A stretch of DNA of 16,663 bases from Pseudomonadota bacterium (GCA_043718025.1 JAYSWN010000005.1:1-16663), one strand, 5' to 3'. Shown: positions 6,894 through 15,830, numbered from the stretch's first letter. Numbers and translations are program-made. The notes: a model not told the origin generated them from the letters alone.

Positions 6894-9800
6894 AGCCAAG
6901 TTTCCACAAAATGCCAGCGTTTAGGACACGCGGCTTGGGCCGCCTAATCCTCGCCCTATTACTGCTCTCCGCCGTGGTGTCGTTATCGATCAACGCCGCT
7001 CCAGTGGCGCAAGCCGCGCCGGCTGAACAGAGCGGGGAAAATTGGGACCGCAAAGTCGACCGCGCCGCGCTGTTATCGCAGGAGCAGGCGATCGCTAAGT
7101 TTCAAGCGCTGGCCACCAAATATAAAAACGACCCCCGTGAAACCGCCATTCTCATTCGCCTCATCGAAGCGCAAGAAGTGGGCGCCAATATGGAATTTCG
7201 CATTGGGCATGGAGAGAATGTCGGTAAAGCCACGACCGGTAATCCGGTCAAATACCTGGAACGAATGAAAAAGGTGGTCGAGACCTGTAGCTACACCATC
7301 GCAAAATACCCAAACGCTCAAGAAATGGTGCGGGTCTACTACGCCCGGGGCTATGCAAATTCCGAACTAAAAAACATACCGGCGGCTAGACGAGACTATG
7401 ACTTCCTCACCGTAAAATATTCTGAAACCCCGTGGGCAGTTCGGGCGAATATGGCACTAGCGGAATTTTCAATCGGCGAAAAAGATTATCGAAAAGCCAT
7501 CTCCTATCTAAAACGTATTGAAGCCAAACCACGTGAATCCGCCTACCCTTTGGCACTCTACTCGATGGCCTGGGCTCACTTCAATTTGAACGATATCGAT
7601 ACGGCCATGAGTTACATCCAAAGAAATGTATTGTTCTACCGCTCTAAACGAGAGAGATCGGAGAAAAAGACACTTTCCATTACCGAGCGCGCACTTTGGG
7701 AACACAGCCTGCGCGATGCCGCAACCTTCTACTTTGAAGGGGTCGATAAAATAAAGGGGGAATACACTATCGAAGAGGCTCTTCCCACCTTCCACAAACT
7801 GGAAGAGGGTCCCTACCTCGGTAACATGATCGCCCTTTTTGCAAAGCTGCTGCGATCGCGCGACCGGTCCGCCGACCTAGAAGTGTGGACTGAACTCTCG
7901 CTTGACGCAGAAAGTGACCGACCAGAGGCGCTTGATGTCGTGATGACCAATTTTGAGTACCTGTCGCAACGTCGCACCTACGACAAGTGGGCCAAGGCGT
8001 TGCACAACTTTAGTGAGTTGGACCAAAAAACTAAACAACTGATGCGCAAGTACCCTACCTATCCGGGCGCCCAAACTCTATTGCTTCAGGCCGCCGACGC
8101 ATTACAAAAAACTATCGCCGGTGAGAAAAATCCAGCGAAAGCGATTAAGCTCGGCGGCTACCTGATTGAAATCTATTCGACCTTTGCTTCGATCGTTGAA
8201 GCTACCGATCCGCGCCTTCTTCAGGTCCACTACAACCTGGCCGAAACCCTATTCAAAGTTCAGGATTTTGATCGGGCCACGAATGAATACTTATGGGTGA
8301 TTGAGAAATGGAATAAAAAAGCCGCGATCAAGCTCGATGAAATTCGCCTTAAAGCCATTGCCAGCCGCTACCAGCAATTCTCTAAGGAAGGCAAATTACC
8401 GCAGGCCCTCAAGCCCAGTGAAGTTAAAGGAGAGATCAAGGCTGAACTCGACGATCTCGATAAACCAACGGCTCAATTCATCGGCTGGGTGGATGCCTAT
8501 CTAAAGGAGTTCGGCCGACAGCCGGCATCCATCGAGGATTTCGAGTTTGAAGCTCAACGCATTTTGTATTTCAAGAACCAAACCAAAGCCGCCATCGCAC
8601 GGATGAAGCGCACCATCAAAGAACGGCCAAACGGAAAAAATGCCGTCGCGGCGGCTAGTCTCGTTCTCGACACCTACGTATCCAATACCTTATGGCCAGA
8701 GCTACGTGAGACGGCTGAATTCTTCATCGCCACTCCAACGCTGGGCGACGCTGAGTTTAAAAAGAGGATTAGCGGCATTCCCGGTGATGCGTATTTCAAA
8801 ATTATTGAAGCGCTCTATAAAAAGGAGGCCTTCGCTGAGACGATGGCCGAAAGTGACCAGTTCTTAAAGCGCTACTCCGCTTCGGGCAGAGCTCCGGAAG
8901 TGCTCTTCATGGCGGGGGCGGCCGCACAAAAATTGAAAGACAATACCAAAGCACGCGCCTACTTGACTGAGCTACTCACCAAATTCCCGGCCTATGAAAA
9001 CCGTACGAACGCCCTTCTCGCACGGGCCGCCTTGCACGAAGTTGAGTACAATTTTGACGAGGCGCAAGCCGACTACGAGGCCAGTTTAAAAACCAAGAAA
9101 TCGCCACCCGTGGTGCAACGTTACTTCTTGCTTAGTCTCATTTCGCGAACTCCCAAGCCGCTTGATTGTGCCCCTTACCAACAAAACGAGGAGCTACGTA
9201 TCTCGTGCGATCATCACGCCGCCCTAATTTACCTGGCCCGCAAACACTCTCCCCTAAGCGACAATCAGCTCTACGCCAAGGCAACTTCGGGTTCGAAAGA
9301 GACGCGGGCCATTTGGGCCGCCCTCGCCCTTGAAACCGGAAATAAGTTTTCTCAGCGGGAAGTTCTAACCCTTATCTCGGCCCTCGGCACGGGTTGGGGC
9401 GAGCTAGAGTCTCTTTTTAGTTTCGCCCTAGTAGCAACGATCAATCGAAAAATTCCTGAATCATTCATCAAAGCCCGCGAAAACCTAAATACTCTGGGCA
9501 AACTCAGGCCAAGCACCAACGCGCTGGCACGACGAATTGAGCTGATGAAGGAGCTTGAGAACGCCGCCGGTAAACTGGTGAAGCTACCGTGGGCGCAGGT
9601 AAAGGCAACGGTTCTGTTACAGGTAGCCGAAGCCTACCGAGAGTTCTGCGATGAGCTGGCCAAACTCGGAGCTCCAAAGGGGACGCGCGGGGAAGAGCTA
9701 AAGCAATACCAAAAAAGTATCGCCGAAATTTTGGAGCCGTTCCGCGCCAAGGAAAAGACTATTCGTGATCAGGCACAAGAGATTGCTGGCGCCCTAGTTC

Positions 9801-10252
9801 TCAATGACCTACCGGCACGGCAAGTGGCGTCAAAAGCAGAGTCGATCGATTTGAGTCTGCTCGATAAGGTTGCCCTACCCCCACCTTGGTCGACGCTAAC
9901 TCTGGATCCCAAGGCCCCGCTCGATAGTAAAATGCGCGCCCTCTGGGTTGATGCCTTCAAAAGTGGGTCGTGGGCTCGACTGTCGTATTTTCTCCCCGAG
10001 CTAAAAGCGAAAGAGATCGTAAGAGAGCCCTCCCTCTCGCTCCTTCGCGCGGCAACGCTTTACAGCGCCGGAGCCCGTCACGAAGCAGTAACCGAACTCG
10101 AAAAAGCAAAAGGTGAGGTCGCCCCCGGCCAGCGTCGTGCTCTAACCCAAGCCCTTCTTTCTCAGTACACAAATTCGACGGCCGCCGATAAGGCCAAGGC
10201 CTTGGCGGACGAACTGACCGTCGCCCCCCCGCCAAACGGAGGCAAACCATGA
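6890..10252 (+). CDS. Large periplasmic TPR protein (GltD/AgmU-like)
   Basis: Sec signal (...APVAQA). Many TPR units (VYYARGYA, ALYSMAWAHFNL, VHYNLAETLF, APEVLFMAG). AVAAASLVLDTY and the late APKGTRGEELKQYQKSI..ILEPF motif resemble GltD. The start may be ATG 6890 (ATGA overlap) or 6911. Confidence 0.85.
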   Translation: MKPSFHKMPAFRTRGLGRLILALLLLSAVVSLSINAAPVAQAAPAEQSGENWDRKVDRAALLSQEQAIAKFQALATKYKNDPRETAILIRLIEAQEVGANMEFRIGHGENVGKATTGNPVKYLERMKKVVETCSYTIAKYPNAQEMVRVYYARGYANSELKNIPAARRDYDFLTVKYSETPWAVRANMALAEFSIGEKDYRKAISYLKRIEAKPRESAYPLALYSMAWAHFNLNDIDTAMSYIQRNVLFYRSKRERSEKKTLSITERALWEHSLRDAATFYFEGVDKIKGEYTIEEALPTFHKLEEGPYLGNMIALFAKLLRSRDRSADLEVWTELSLDAESDRPEALDVVMTNFEYLSQRRTYDKWAKALHNFSELDQKTKQLMRKYPTYPGAQTLLLQAADALQKTIAGEKNPAKAIKLGGYLIEIYSTFASIVEATDPRLLQVHYNLAETLFKVQDFDRATNEYLWVIEKWNKKAAIKLDEIRLKAIASRYQQFSKEGKLPQALKPSEVKGEIKAELDDLDKPTAQFIGWVDAYLKEFGRQPASIEDFEFEAQRILYFKNQTKAAIARMKRTIKERPNGKNAVAAASLVLDTYVSNTLWPELRETAEFFIATPTLGDAEFKKRISGIPGDAYFKIIEALYKKEAFAETMAESDQFLKRYSASGRAPEVLFMAGAAAQKLKDNTKARAYLTELLTKFPAYENRTNALLARAALHEVEYNFDEAQADYEASLKTKKSPPVVQRYFLLSLISRTPKPLDCAPYQQNEELRISCDHHAALIYLARKHSPLSDNQLYAKATSGSKETRAIWAALALETGNKFSQREVLTLISALGTGWGELESLFSFALVATINRKIPESFIKARENLNTLGKLRPSTNALARRIELMKELENAAGKLVKLPWAQVKATVLLQVAEAYREFCDELAKLGAPKGTRGEELKQYQKSIAEILEPFRAKEKTIRDQAQEIAGALVLNDLPARQVASKAESIDLSLLDKVALPPPWSTLTLDPKAPLDSKMRALWVDAFKSGSWARLSYFLPELKAKEIVREPSLSLLRAATLYSAGARHEAVTELEKAKGEVAPGQRRALTQALLSQYTNSTAADKAKALADELTVAPPPNGGKP

Positions 10253-10506
10253 ATGGCTTTCGCTGGTTCCTAATATTTTTTCTCTTGGTGGCGGCAACCG
10301 GTTACGCTGACGATTCGCAAAAGCAGATCGACTTTGAAGGCGACGTGGTCGAAGGGGTAAACAAACAACCTTTAGACTCTCTAAATCAAATCTCAAATGG
10401 CGACAATGGCGGCAACCGGCTACACCTTTATCGACGAAAAAAGCCGGCCGACGCCATAAAAAATGAAAACCGCGAGAGCCTTCGCGAATTTGTGGAGACT
10501 TACTAA
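10249..10506 (+). CDS. Small secreted GltF/CglF-like protein
   Basis: Signal peptide followed by KQIDFEGDVVEG...P, resembling the GltF IDF.DD.IEG...P motif. It sits between the GltD-like and GltG-like genes and overlaps both. Confidence 0.75.
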   Translation: MNGFRWFLIFFLLVAATGYADDSQKQIDFEGDVVEGVNKQPLDSLNQISNGDNGGNRLHLYRRKKPADAIKNENRESLREFVETY

Positions 10507-11786
10507 TGAGCGCCGAGCCTCAAATCAAGGTGGCGCACACCCCCGCCCCGCTAAACGCCCCGCAAGGGTTCGTGCTCACCCTTCGCGGTGAGAATAAACT
10601 GACCATTTGGAGCAGCGTCTGGTACGGACGCACGCCAATTGGCGTGGGCTACCCGTTTCAATGGGTTCTTGAACGACGCTCGACCGGAGTTCGTATTCGC
10701 CGCGTTGGCGCGGCCCCGGAGCGCATTATTTCCGATCCCGTCCAAGACTTTGCTTTCGACGAACTCTATGCCGAACCAACCATTGCCTTAGTATCGGACT
10801 CCCATCAGTTTGCCCGGGGCGCGCGCTTGTCTCTGGAGATCACCCCGATTCTCGATTTCGAAGCAATGCAACACCAGATCACCGAAACGGGATGGATACC
10901 GCAGGCGATCGCTGAAACCGGCATTTCGGAAACGCAAACCGATCCCCTTTTTAAAAAGTCGGCTGTATTTTTTTCAAGCGCCCTTCTCCTAGCGTGGCTC
11001 GCGTCACTCTTTATTCAAACTCCTAAGAAGGATCCGGATGAGCTCATTCCGGCCCAGTTCGCAAAAACGCTGCTCTCGCCCATGACCAAAAGCACCGCCG
11101 GAAAGACGGCGGCCTCCGCGGGAAGAGCCGGCGGTGGCCAGAATTTGGTGATGGCCTTTAAATCGGAAGCGGTAAAAAAGACGACCAAGGCGCTGCTCAA
11201 CGCCGGTGCGACGAAAGCCCTGCTCAACACTTCGGCTCTGCTCAACAGTTCGGCGACCTCGAACCTGGTACAAAAAGTTTTCGAAGGCAAAGGCCCTCGC
11301 GTGGGAAATGCCCAAGGCATCGATCCCAATGTGCTCGTACCCAGTGGCTCTAGCCAAATTGGCTTTCTGGGCGGCAAGGGCAAAGGCAAAGGCGGCGGTT
11401 CAGCCGACTACGGCACAGGCCGAGGCGCCGCCGTCGAAGGCCAAGGCACTTCGCAAATCGGCCTCTCGACCGAAGGGGCCGGCGTCAGCGAAGGCTTAAC
11501 CAAAGACGAAGTGGGTTTAGTGATTCGCAAGCATTTGGAAGAAGTGCGTTACTGCTACGAATCAGCGTTGCTTAGAACCCCCGGCTTTGAAGGTAAATTA
11601 TTGGCTGCTTTCATCATCGGCGGCGAGGGCAAGGTGAAAAAGAGCGATACCAAAGAATCTTGCGGAGACACCAAACTGGATCGCTGTATTACGGATCGGT
11701 TGATGACCTGGAAGTTTCCAAAACCGAGAGGAGGCGTCGATGTGGGAGTTTCCTACCCCTTCATCTTCAAATCTCTCGGCAACTAA
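10506..11786 (+). CDS. TonB-like energy transducer with AgmX/PglI C-terminal domain (GltG-like)
   Basis: Cytoplasmic N-domain, one TM (AVFFSSALLLAWLASLFI), Gly-rich linker. C-terminal GLTKDEVGLVIRKH...VRYCYE..L...P..EGKL...CI......WKFPKPRGG..V.VSYPFIF is the AgmX/PglI TonB_C signature. TAATG overlap. Confidence 0.9.
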   Translation: MSAEPQIKVAHTPAPLNAPQGFVLTLRGENKLTIWSSVWYGRTPIGVGYPFQWVLERRSTGVRIRRVGAAPERIISDPVQDFAFDELYAEPTIALVSDSHQFARGARLSLEITPILDFEAMQHQITETGWIPQAIAETGISETQTDPLFKKSAVFFSSALLLAWLASLFIQTPKKDPDELIPAQFAKTLLSPMTKSTAGKTAASAGRAGGGQNLVMAFKSEAVKKTTKALLNAGATKALLNTSALLNSSATSNLVQKVFEGKGPRVGNAQGIDPNVLVPSGSSQIGFLGGKGKGKGGGSADYGTGRGAAVEGQGTSQIGLSTEGAGVSEGLTKDEVGLVIRKHLEEVRYCYESALLRTPGFEGKLLAAFIIGGEGKVKKSDTKESCGDTKLDRCITDRLMTWKFPKPRGGVDVGVSYPFIFKSLGN

Positions 11787-11802
11787 ACCTAACTTTGTGG
11801 CG

Positions 11803-13725
11803 ATGCTGATTGTATTTTTTGCGTTGGTGTCTGCAGAGGTGACGCATGCCTCCGACACCTCTGACATTCGCATCCTATCGCCGTGCACCGAATCTGAAGT
11901 GTGGAAGATTTCCGCCAAGGCGGCCAAAGAAGTGCCCCTATCGATGCGGCAGTTTCCCAAACTACTTACCGTCGCCGCCGATGCGCCGCTACGCGCCTTT
12001 GCCGAAAGCATAACCTGGCGCCAACAGCCCAAAATATCGGATACCAGCAAAGCCTTGGCCGACTATGCTCTCGCCCGCTCGTTGCACCACGCCGCCATCT
12101 TTGGTTTGGCGGCGGAGGGTTTCGACAAACTTATCGCGCAGCCCACCAACGCCACCAAAGCGCCCATTCAGATTGCGGCCATTTCATGTCTGGGCCAAAT
12201 CCACCGCCGCTATCCGGCTTTTGTTTTTTCCGCGGCGGCATTAAATCGAATTCCCGAACTGGTAAAAAAAGGGAATCCTTCCAAACGTGAACTCAACATT
12301 TTGTGGTACGGCGTGACCCAGCGCTTTCTTTCGAGTCTCGACCAGTTTCAAAAAACCGGAAACGACAAAAAGGAGGCCGCAAAAAAAGTAAAGGAAGTCG
12401 AAAAATCACTTCAAGCCCTAAAGGGCAGCGGACCATACGAAGCACTGGCTTCCGGAATGTGGGAAATTCAAAAAGGGCATAATCGCGAGGCGATACCTCA
12501 CTTAACCAAATTTGTGAAGTCGACTGACCTCACCGAATCACTCAACGCCAAGCGCGATGCCGCACGTTTGATGCTGGCGCGGGCGCACTACGAGCTAGAT
12601 CAGTTCCGTCCAGCGATCAAAGTTTTAGAGGCAATTGATAAGCGTTCGAATGAGCTGGTGCACTCGTTAATCTATTTATCCACCGCGCAGCTGATGGCCA
12701 ACGATTACCCTAAGGCGGTTGGGGCCGCGATGGGTTTGCAAGCCGGGGGCTTGCGCGACACCTTTGCGCCCGAGTCAATGATGGTGGCGGCCATTTCATT
12801 TAACGAACTTTGCCTTTTTCCTGAATCGCTGGCCATGGTGAACCGCTTTCGCACGGGGTACCAAAAGACATTTTTTTGGCTTCGTGACCGCCAGCCGAAA
12901 AATGTAAAAGACAAAGAACCCCTCTATCCCATCGCCCTCGCCTTTCTAAAGGGCGCCGGATCCAGCGACGAGGATGATATTACCTCGGAAGCAGGTGCCG
13001 TACCGCTGCCGCCTTATCGAATTGGTAGCGAATGGATTCGTTCGCCCATTTTCATTTCCAAACAGGAGTCCATCAACCACTTATTCCGAACGCTGCGCAA
13101 AATCCCAAAGCTCGTGGTCTATAGTAAGTCGCTCCATAAAAATGCGGGCTACGAACTTAAAAAGAGACGGGCTGACGTAACCGAACGCTACCAAGCCGCC
13201 ACCAAGGCGCTAAAAAAAGGGGAAACTCTTTCTAAGGGCATCAAAGAGGAATGGCTCGAGCTAAAAGACCTTGAGTTTCAACAGGCGAAGCTGGGTTACT
13301 CACTACCTTTTTGGGCTAAGACGTTGACCAACTATCGCGACCGCGCCAAACAATGGCAAGCTTACCTCATCGGCCGTATCGAGCGCGAAATTGCCGCGAT
13401 CAACCAACGCATGTACGCAGACATTGTAAACGTGATGGAAAATAATGAACTCATTGAAGCCGAAATCTGGAATGGCGCCAGCCAAGACCTGGTGTGGCAA
13501 AACGCTCATCCCGAGTTTCAGAACATGGTAAAGACCGGAAAAATCAGCTCCAACCGCGGAATCGCGGGTGGCGCGGGCGACGTTTACAACTGGGGAAAAT
13601 CGGGCACCGGATTCGATGGCAAAGAAGAAGTGTGGGAAGACGAAGTGGGATCAATTCGGGCGACGCTGCAAAATAATTGCGCCAACAAAGAAAAGTACAT
13701 GAAGATTCAAAAGGATAGCGAATGA
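11803..13725 (+). CDS. Periplasmic TPR protein (GltC-like)
   Basis: The signal peptide begins at GTG 11797 or ATG 11803 (the track start 11740 overlaps the previous gene). TPR units, APESMMV...ELC motif, and C-terminal W...FDGKEEVWEDEVGS......NC resembling the GltC W.F.GE.W.DELG...C terminus. Confidence 0.8.
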   Translation: MLIVFFALVSAEVTHASDTSDIRILSPCTESEVWKISAKAAKEVPLSMRQFPKLLTVAADAPLRAFAESITWRQQPKISDTSKALADYALARSLHHAAIFGLAAEGFDKLIAQPTNATKAPIQIAAISCLGQIHRRYPAFVFSAAALNRIPELVKKGNPSKRELNILWYGVTQRFLSSLDQFQKTGNDKKEAAKKVKEVEKSLQALKGSGPYEALASGMWEIQKGHNREAIPHLTKFVKSTDLTESLNAKRDAARLMLARAHYELDQFRPAIKVLEAIDKRSNELVHSLIYLSTAQLMANDYPKAVGAAMGLQAGGLRDTFAPESMMVAAISFNELCLFPESLAMVNRFRTGYQKTFFWLRDRQPKNVKDKEPLYPIALAFLKGAGSSDEDDITSEAGAVPLPPYRIGSEWIRSPIFISKQESINHLFRTLRKIPKLVVYSKSLHKNAGYELKKRRADVTERYQAATKALKKGETLSKGIKEEWLELKDLEFQQAKLGYSLPFWAKTLTNYRDRAKQWQAYLIGRIEREIAAINQRMYADIVNVMENNELIEAEIWNGASQDLVWQNAHPEFQNMVKTGKISSNRGIAGGAGDVYNWGKSGTGFDGKEEVWEDEVGSIRATLQNNCANKEKYMKIQKDSE

Positions 13726-14183
13726 ACTCACTTAGCAAAAAATTTTATTTGGGAAAAAAGGGAAAGTCTTTTGGCCCCTTCACCACCGCCGAGATCGAGG
13801 CCATGCGCTTATCCGGAGAGCTCGAAGCGTATTCGTATCTGTGGAACGATTCTGACCAGAGCTGGAAGACCATTGAGGCCGCCCCGCCACCGCCCGGCCT
13901 GACGCCGGCCCCGCAAATCTCAGAGCATCAGTACGAGGCCATCTGCCATGACACTAATACGATTGTCTCGGGAGCTCTGGAGAACGTGAGTGAATCAGGC
14001 TGCGATCTGATATGCCGCGACAATTCCGATAGCCCGCGTCTTGGGGTGAAAGCCCTGCTCATGCTCAATGTGCTCGATAACGCCGGTAAAAAAGCCGTGA
14101 ACGTAAAGGCATCACTCTCCGAAATTGTTCGTCGTGAAAAGACGTGGGTCTACCGTCTACGTTGGGCGCGCCTTCCTTTCTAA
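13722..14183 (+). CDS. Cytoplasmic GYF_2 (DUF4339) plus degenerate PilZ domain protein
   Basis: N-terminal FYL..KGKSFGPFT..EI..M..SGEL...SYLW......WK.I fits GYF_2. PPPPGL linker. C-terminal beta domain has NVSESG, the (D/N)xSxxG PilZ motif, but no RxxxR. ATGA overlap. Confidence 0.8.
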   Translation: MNSLSKKFYLGKKGKSFGPFTTAEIEAMRLSGELEAYSYLWNDSDQSWKTIEAAPPPPGLTPAPQISEHQYEAICHDTNTIVSGALENVSESGCDLICRDNSDSPRLGVKALLMLNVLDNAGKKAVNVKASLSEIVRREKTWVYRLRWARLPF

Positions 14184-14217
14184 CCGCCCAAAATACTTTG
14201 TGTTAAAATTACCGGGC

Positions 14218-14994
14218 GTGAAAACACACTACTTTTTGCTCCCCCTCCTTTTTACTTTTAACGCATCGCTACAAGCGGAAACCCGCCCGACTCCAAAGAC
14301 CGCGGGTTCAGCGCCCCCAGTCGGCAGTAAAGCCGGTACCAAGGCCGAAGAGGCCGATGTTCAAAAAATCAGAGAAAAATACTGGGCCCGCGGCAATGAA
14401 ACCGAAATGGGCGTAGTGCAAAATCGCCTCTACCCCAAACGCCGGCGCTTTGAATTGGGCCTAGGCGGCGGCACTTTGAGCGGCGACCCTTTTTTATCGA
14501 TGGTCCGCTACGGCGGCAGCTTGGGTTTTCACTTTACTGAATTTCTAAGCCTTCATTTAATGTACTGGGAGGCGTCGGTAACGCCTTCGAGCGCATTGGA
14601 AGAACTGGAAAAGAGTACGAAGCAAACCGCCAACACCAATTACCCCAAAAGTTACATGGGAGTGGAAGGGCGAGCCAGTATTCTCTATGGAAAATTAAGC
14701 TTGATGGGCGCCGCCATCTTGTACTTTGACTCGTTTTTCTCGGTGGGGGCCGGATCGATCAAAACCGAGTCGGGCAGCAATCTTTTACTTTCCGGCGGCG
14801 TTGGACAACAGATCCATTTTTCAAAGGTGGTATCGCTAAACCTCGATTACAAGCTTCTTTACTACAATGAAAAGATTGTGGGCAAAGTAGCGGGCGTAAC
14901 CGGAAATTTGGGTACGGATTTGGGCAATCGTACCAACTTTAGCTCGGCGGTAACGGTAAGCCTCAGCATTTTCATCAATCCCTTCGGAGCGTAG
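14218..14994 (+). CDS. Outer-membrane beta-barrel protein (GltA/GltB/GltH-like myxobacterial OMP family)
   Basis: A likely GTG start at 14218 gives a clean signal peptide (MKTHYFLLPLLFTFNASLQA). VVQNRLYPKRRRFEL...DPF and LYGKLSL motifs, with alternating amphipathic beta strands ending VSLSIF. Confidence 0.85.
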   Translation: MKTHYFLLPLLFTFNASLQAETRPTPKTAGSAPPVGSKAGTKAEEADVQKIREKYWARGNETEMGVVQNRLYPKRRRFELGLGGGTLSGDPFLSMVRYGGSLGFHFTEFLSLHLMYWEASVTPSSALEELEKSTKQTANTNYPKSYMGVEGRASILYGKLSLMGAAILYFDSFFSVGAGSIKTESGSNLLLSGGVGQQIHFSKVVSLNLDYKLLYYNEKIVGKVAGVTGNLGTDLGNRTNFSSAVTVSLSIFINPFGA

Positions 14995-15031
14995 GGACAG
15001 AGGATTTCGTTTCCCCTGCCCCGCTCAAAGG

Positions 15032-15712
15032 CTACTTCTTTGAAAAAACGCGGCCAAAATCACTTGGTCCGCCAATTTGCAAAAAACCATTATCAATTTC
15101 GTACTTAAGGCTTAAACGAGCCCCAAACTCCGCCACCGGCGCCGCTTGAAACCCATGCTTATCGAGTTTTTCGGCCTGTAGGCGGGATAACTTCTTGGGC
15201 GTTTCGCGGGCCCACACTTCAACCTGTTGGCCGGCTCGCAGCAACTGATTGTCACGGTTAATTTGCCGCTTCTGATCCACCGACATGGTGTCTTTAGTTT
15301 CAACGGCTTTTTCATTACGGATCACTGCCAGCGTGCTGTTCTGACGGTCTAACTCCACTTCGGTATGGATAGTAACGGTCAACTCTTTGTCCAAAACAAA
15401 GACAATCGAATTGGCTATGCCCTCTTTATAATTATTGGCCAACTGGTAGGTTCCCGCATGAACCGTGGTACGTAGTTTTTCCTGGCATTCGTTGTCGAGG
15501 TAGGTGGTGCGTTCAACGGTAAGCCGATCGCCGCTGAAACTCAGTTGGTTGGTGCGGCTGCCCTCGCAGTTCGTGGCCCAATTACCTTGTAATTCAGGAG
15601 CGACGTCCTTGCGGTGCCTTTCTTGACGACCCATTGTCTCTGGCTTTCCGCACGAAACTAAAACTAAAAACACCCCGAGTCCTACGGCACCCGTAAAAAT
15701 TCTTTTGAACAC
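15032..15712 (-). CDS. Hypothetical lipoprotein (lipocalin-like beta fold possible)
   Basis: GTG start with AGGGGTG RBS. Lipobox LVS-C. LQGNWATNC...TYLDNEC gives a GxW motif and a Cys pair. Confidence 0.8.
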   Translation of the reverse strand: MFKRIFTGAVGLGVFLVLVSCGKPETMGRQERHRKDVAPELQGNWATNCEGSRTNQLSFSGDRLTVERTTYLDNECQEKLRTTVHAGTYQLANNYKEGIANSIVFVLDKELTVTIHTEVELDRQNSTLAVIRNEKAVETKDTMSVDQKRQINRDNQLLRAGQQVEVWARETPKKLSRLQAEKLDKHGFQAAPVAEFGARLSLKYEIDNGFLQIGGPSDFGRVFSKK

Positions 15713-15830
15713 AAAATCACCCCTTTAACCCAACGACCGCGTTCAGCGCAAAAAAACAAAGTCCCTCTTCATTCCGCGCTAATCAAAATTGTCGACGAGC
15801 AGCCTGCGGTATAACCGCCAAATTTATATT

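Noticed and set aside
14994..15021. Hairpin between the convergent barrel and lipoprotein genes
   Set aside because: The stem has a bulge and a mismatch and no adjacent U-tract, so it is too weak to call a terminator.
370..15315. Numerous short alternative-frame and antisense ORFs nested in the main genes
   Set aside because: They are overlapped by longer ORFs with family motifs, signals and coupled junctions, and have no independent evidence.
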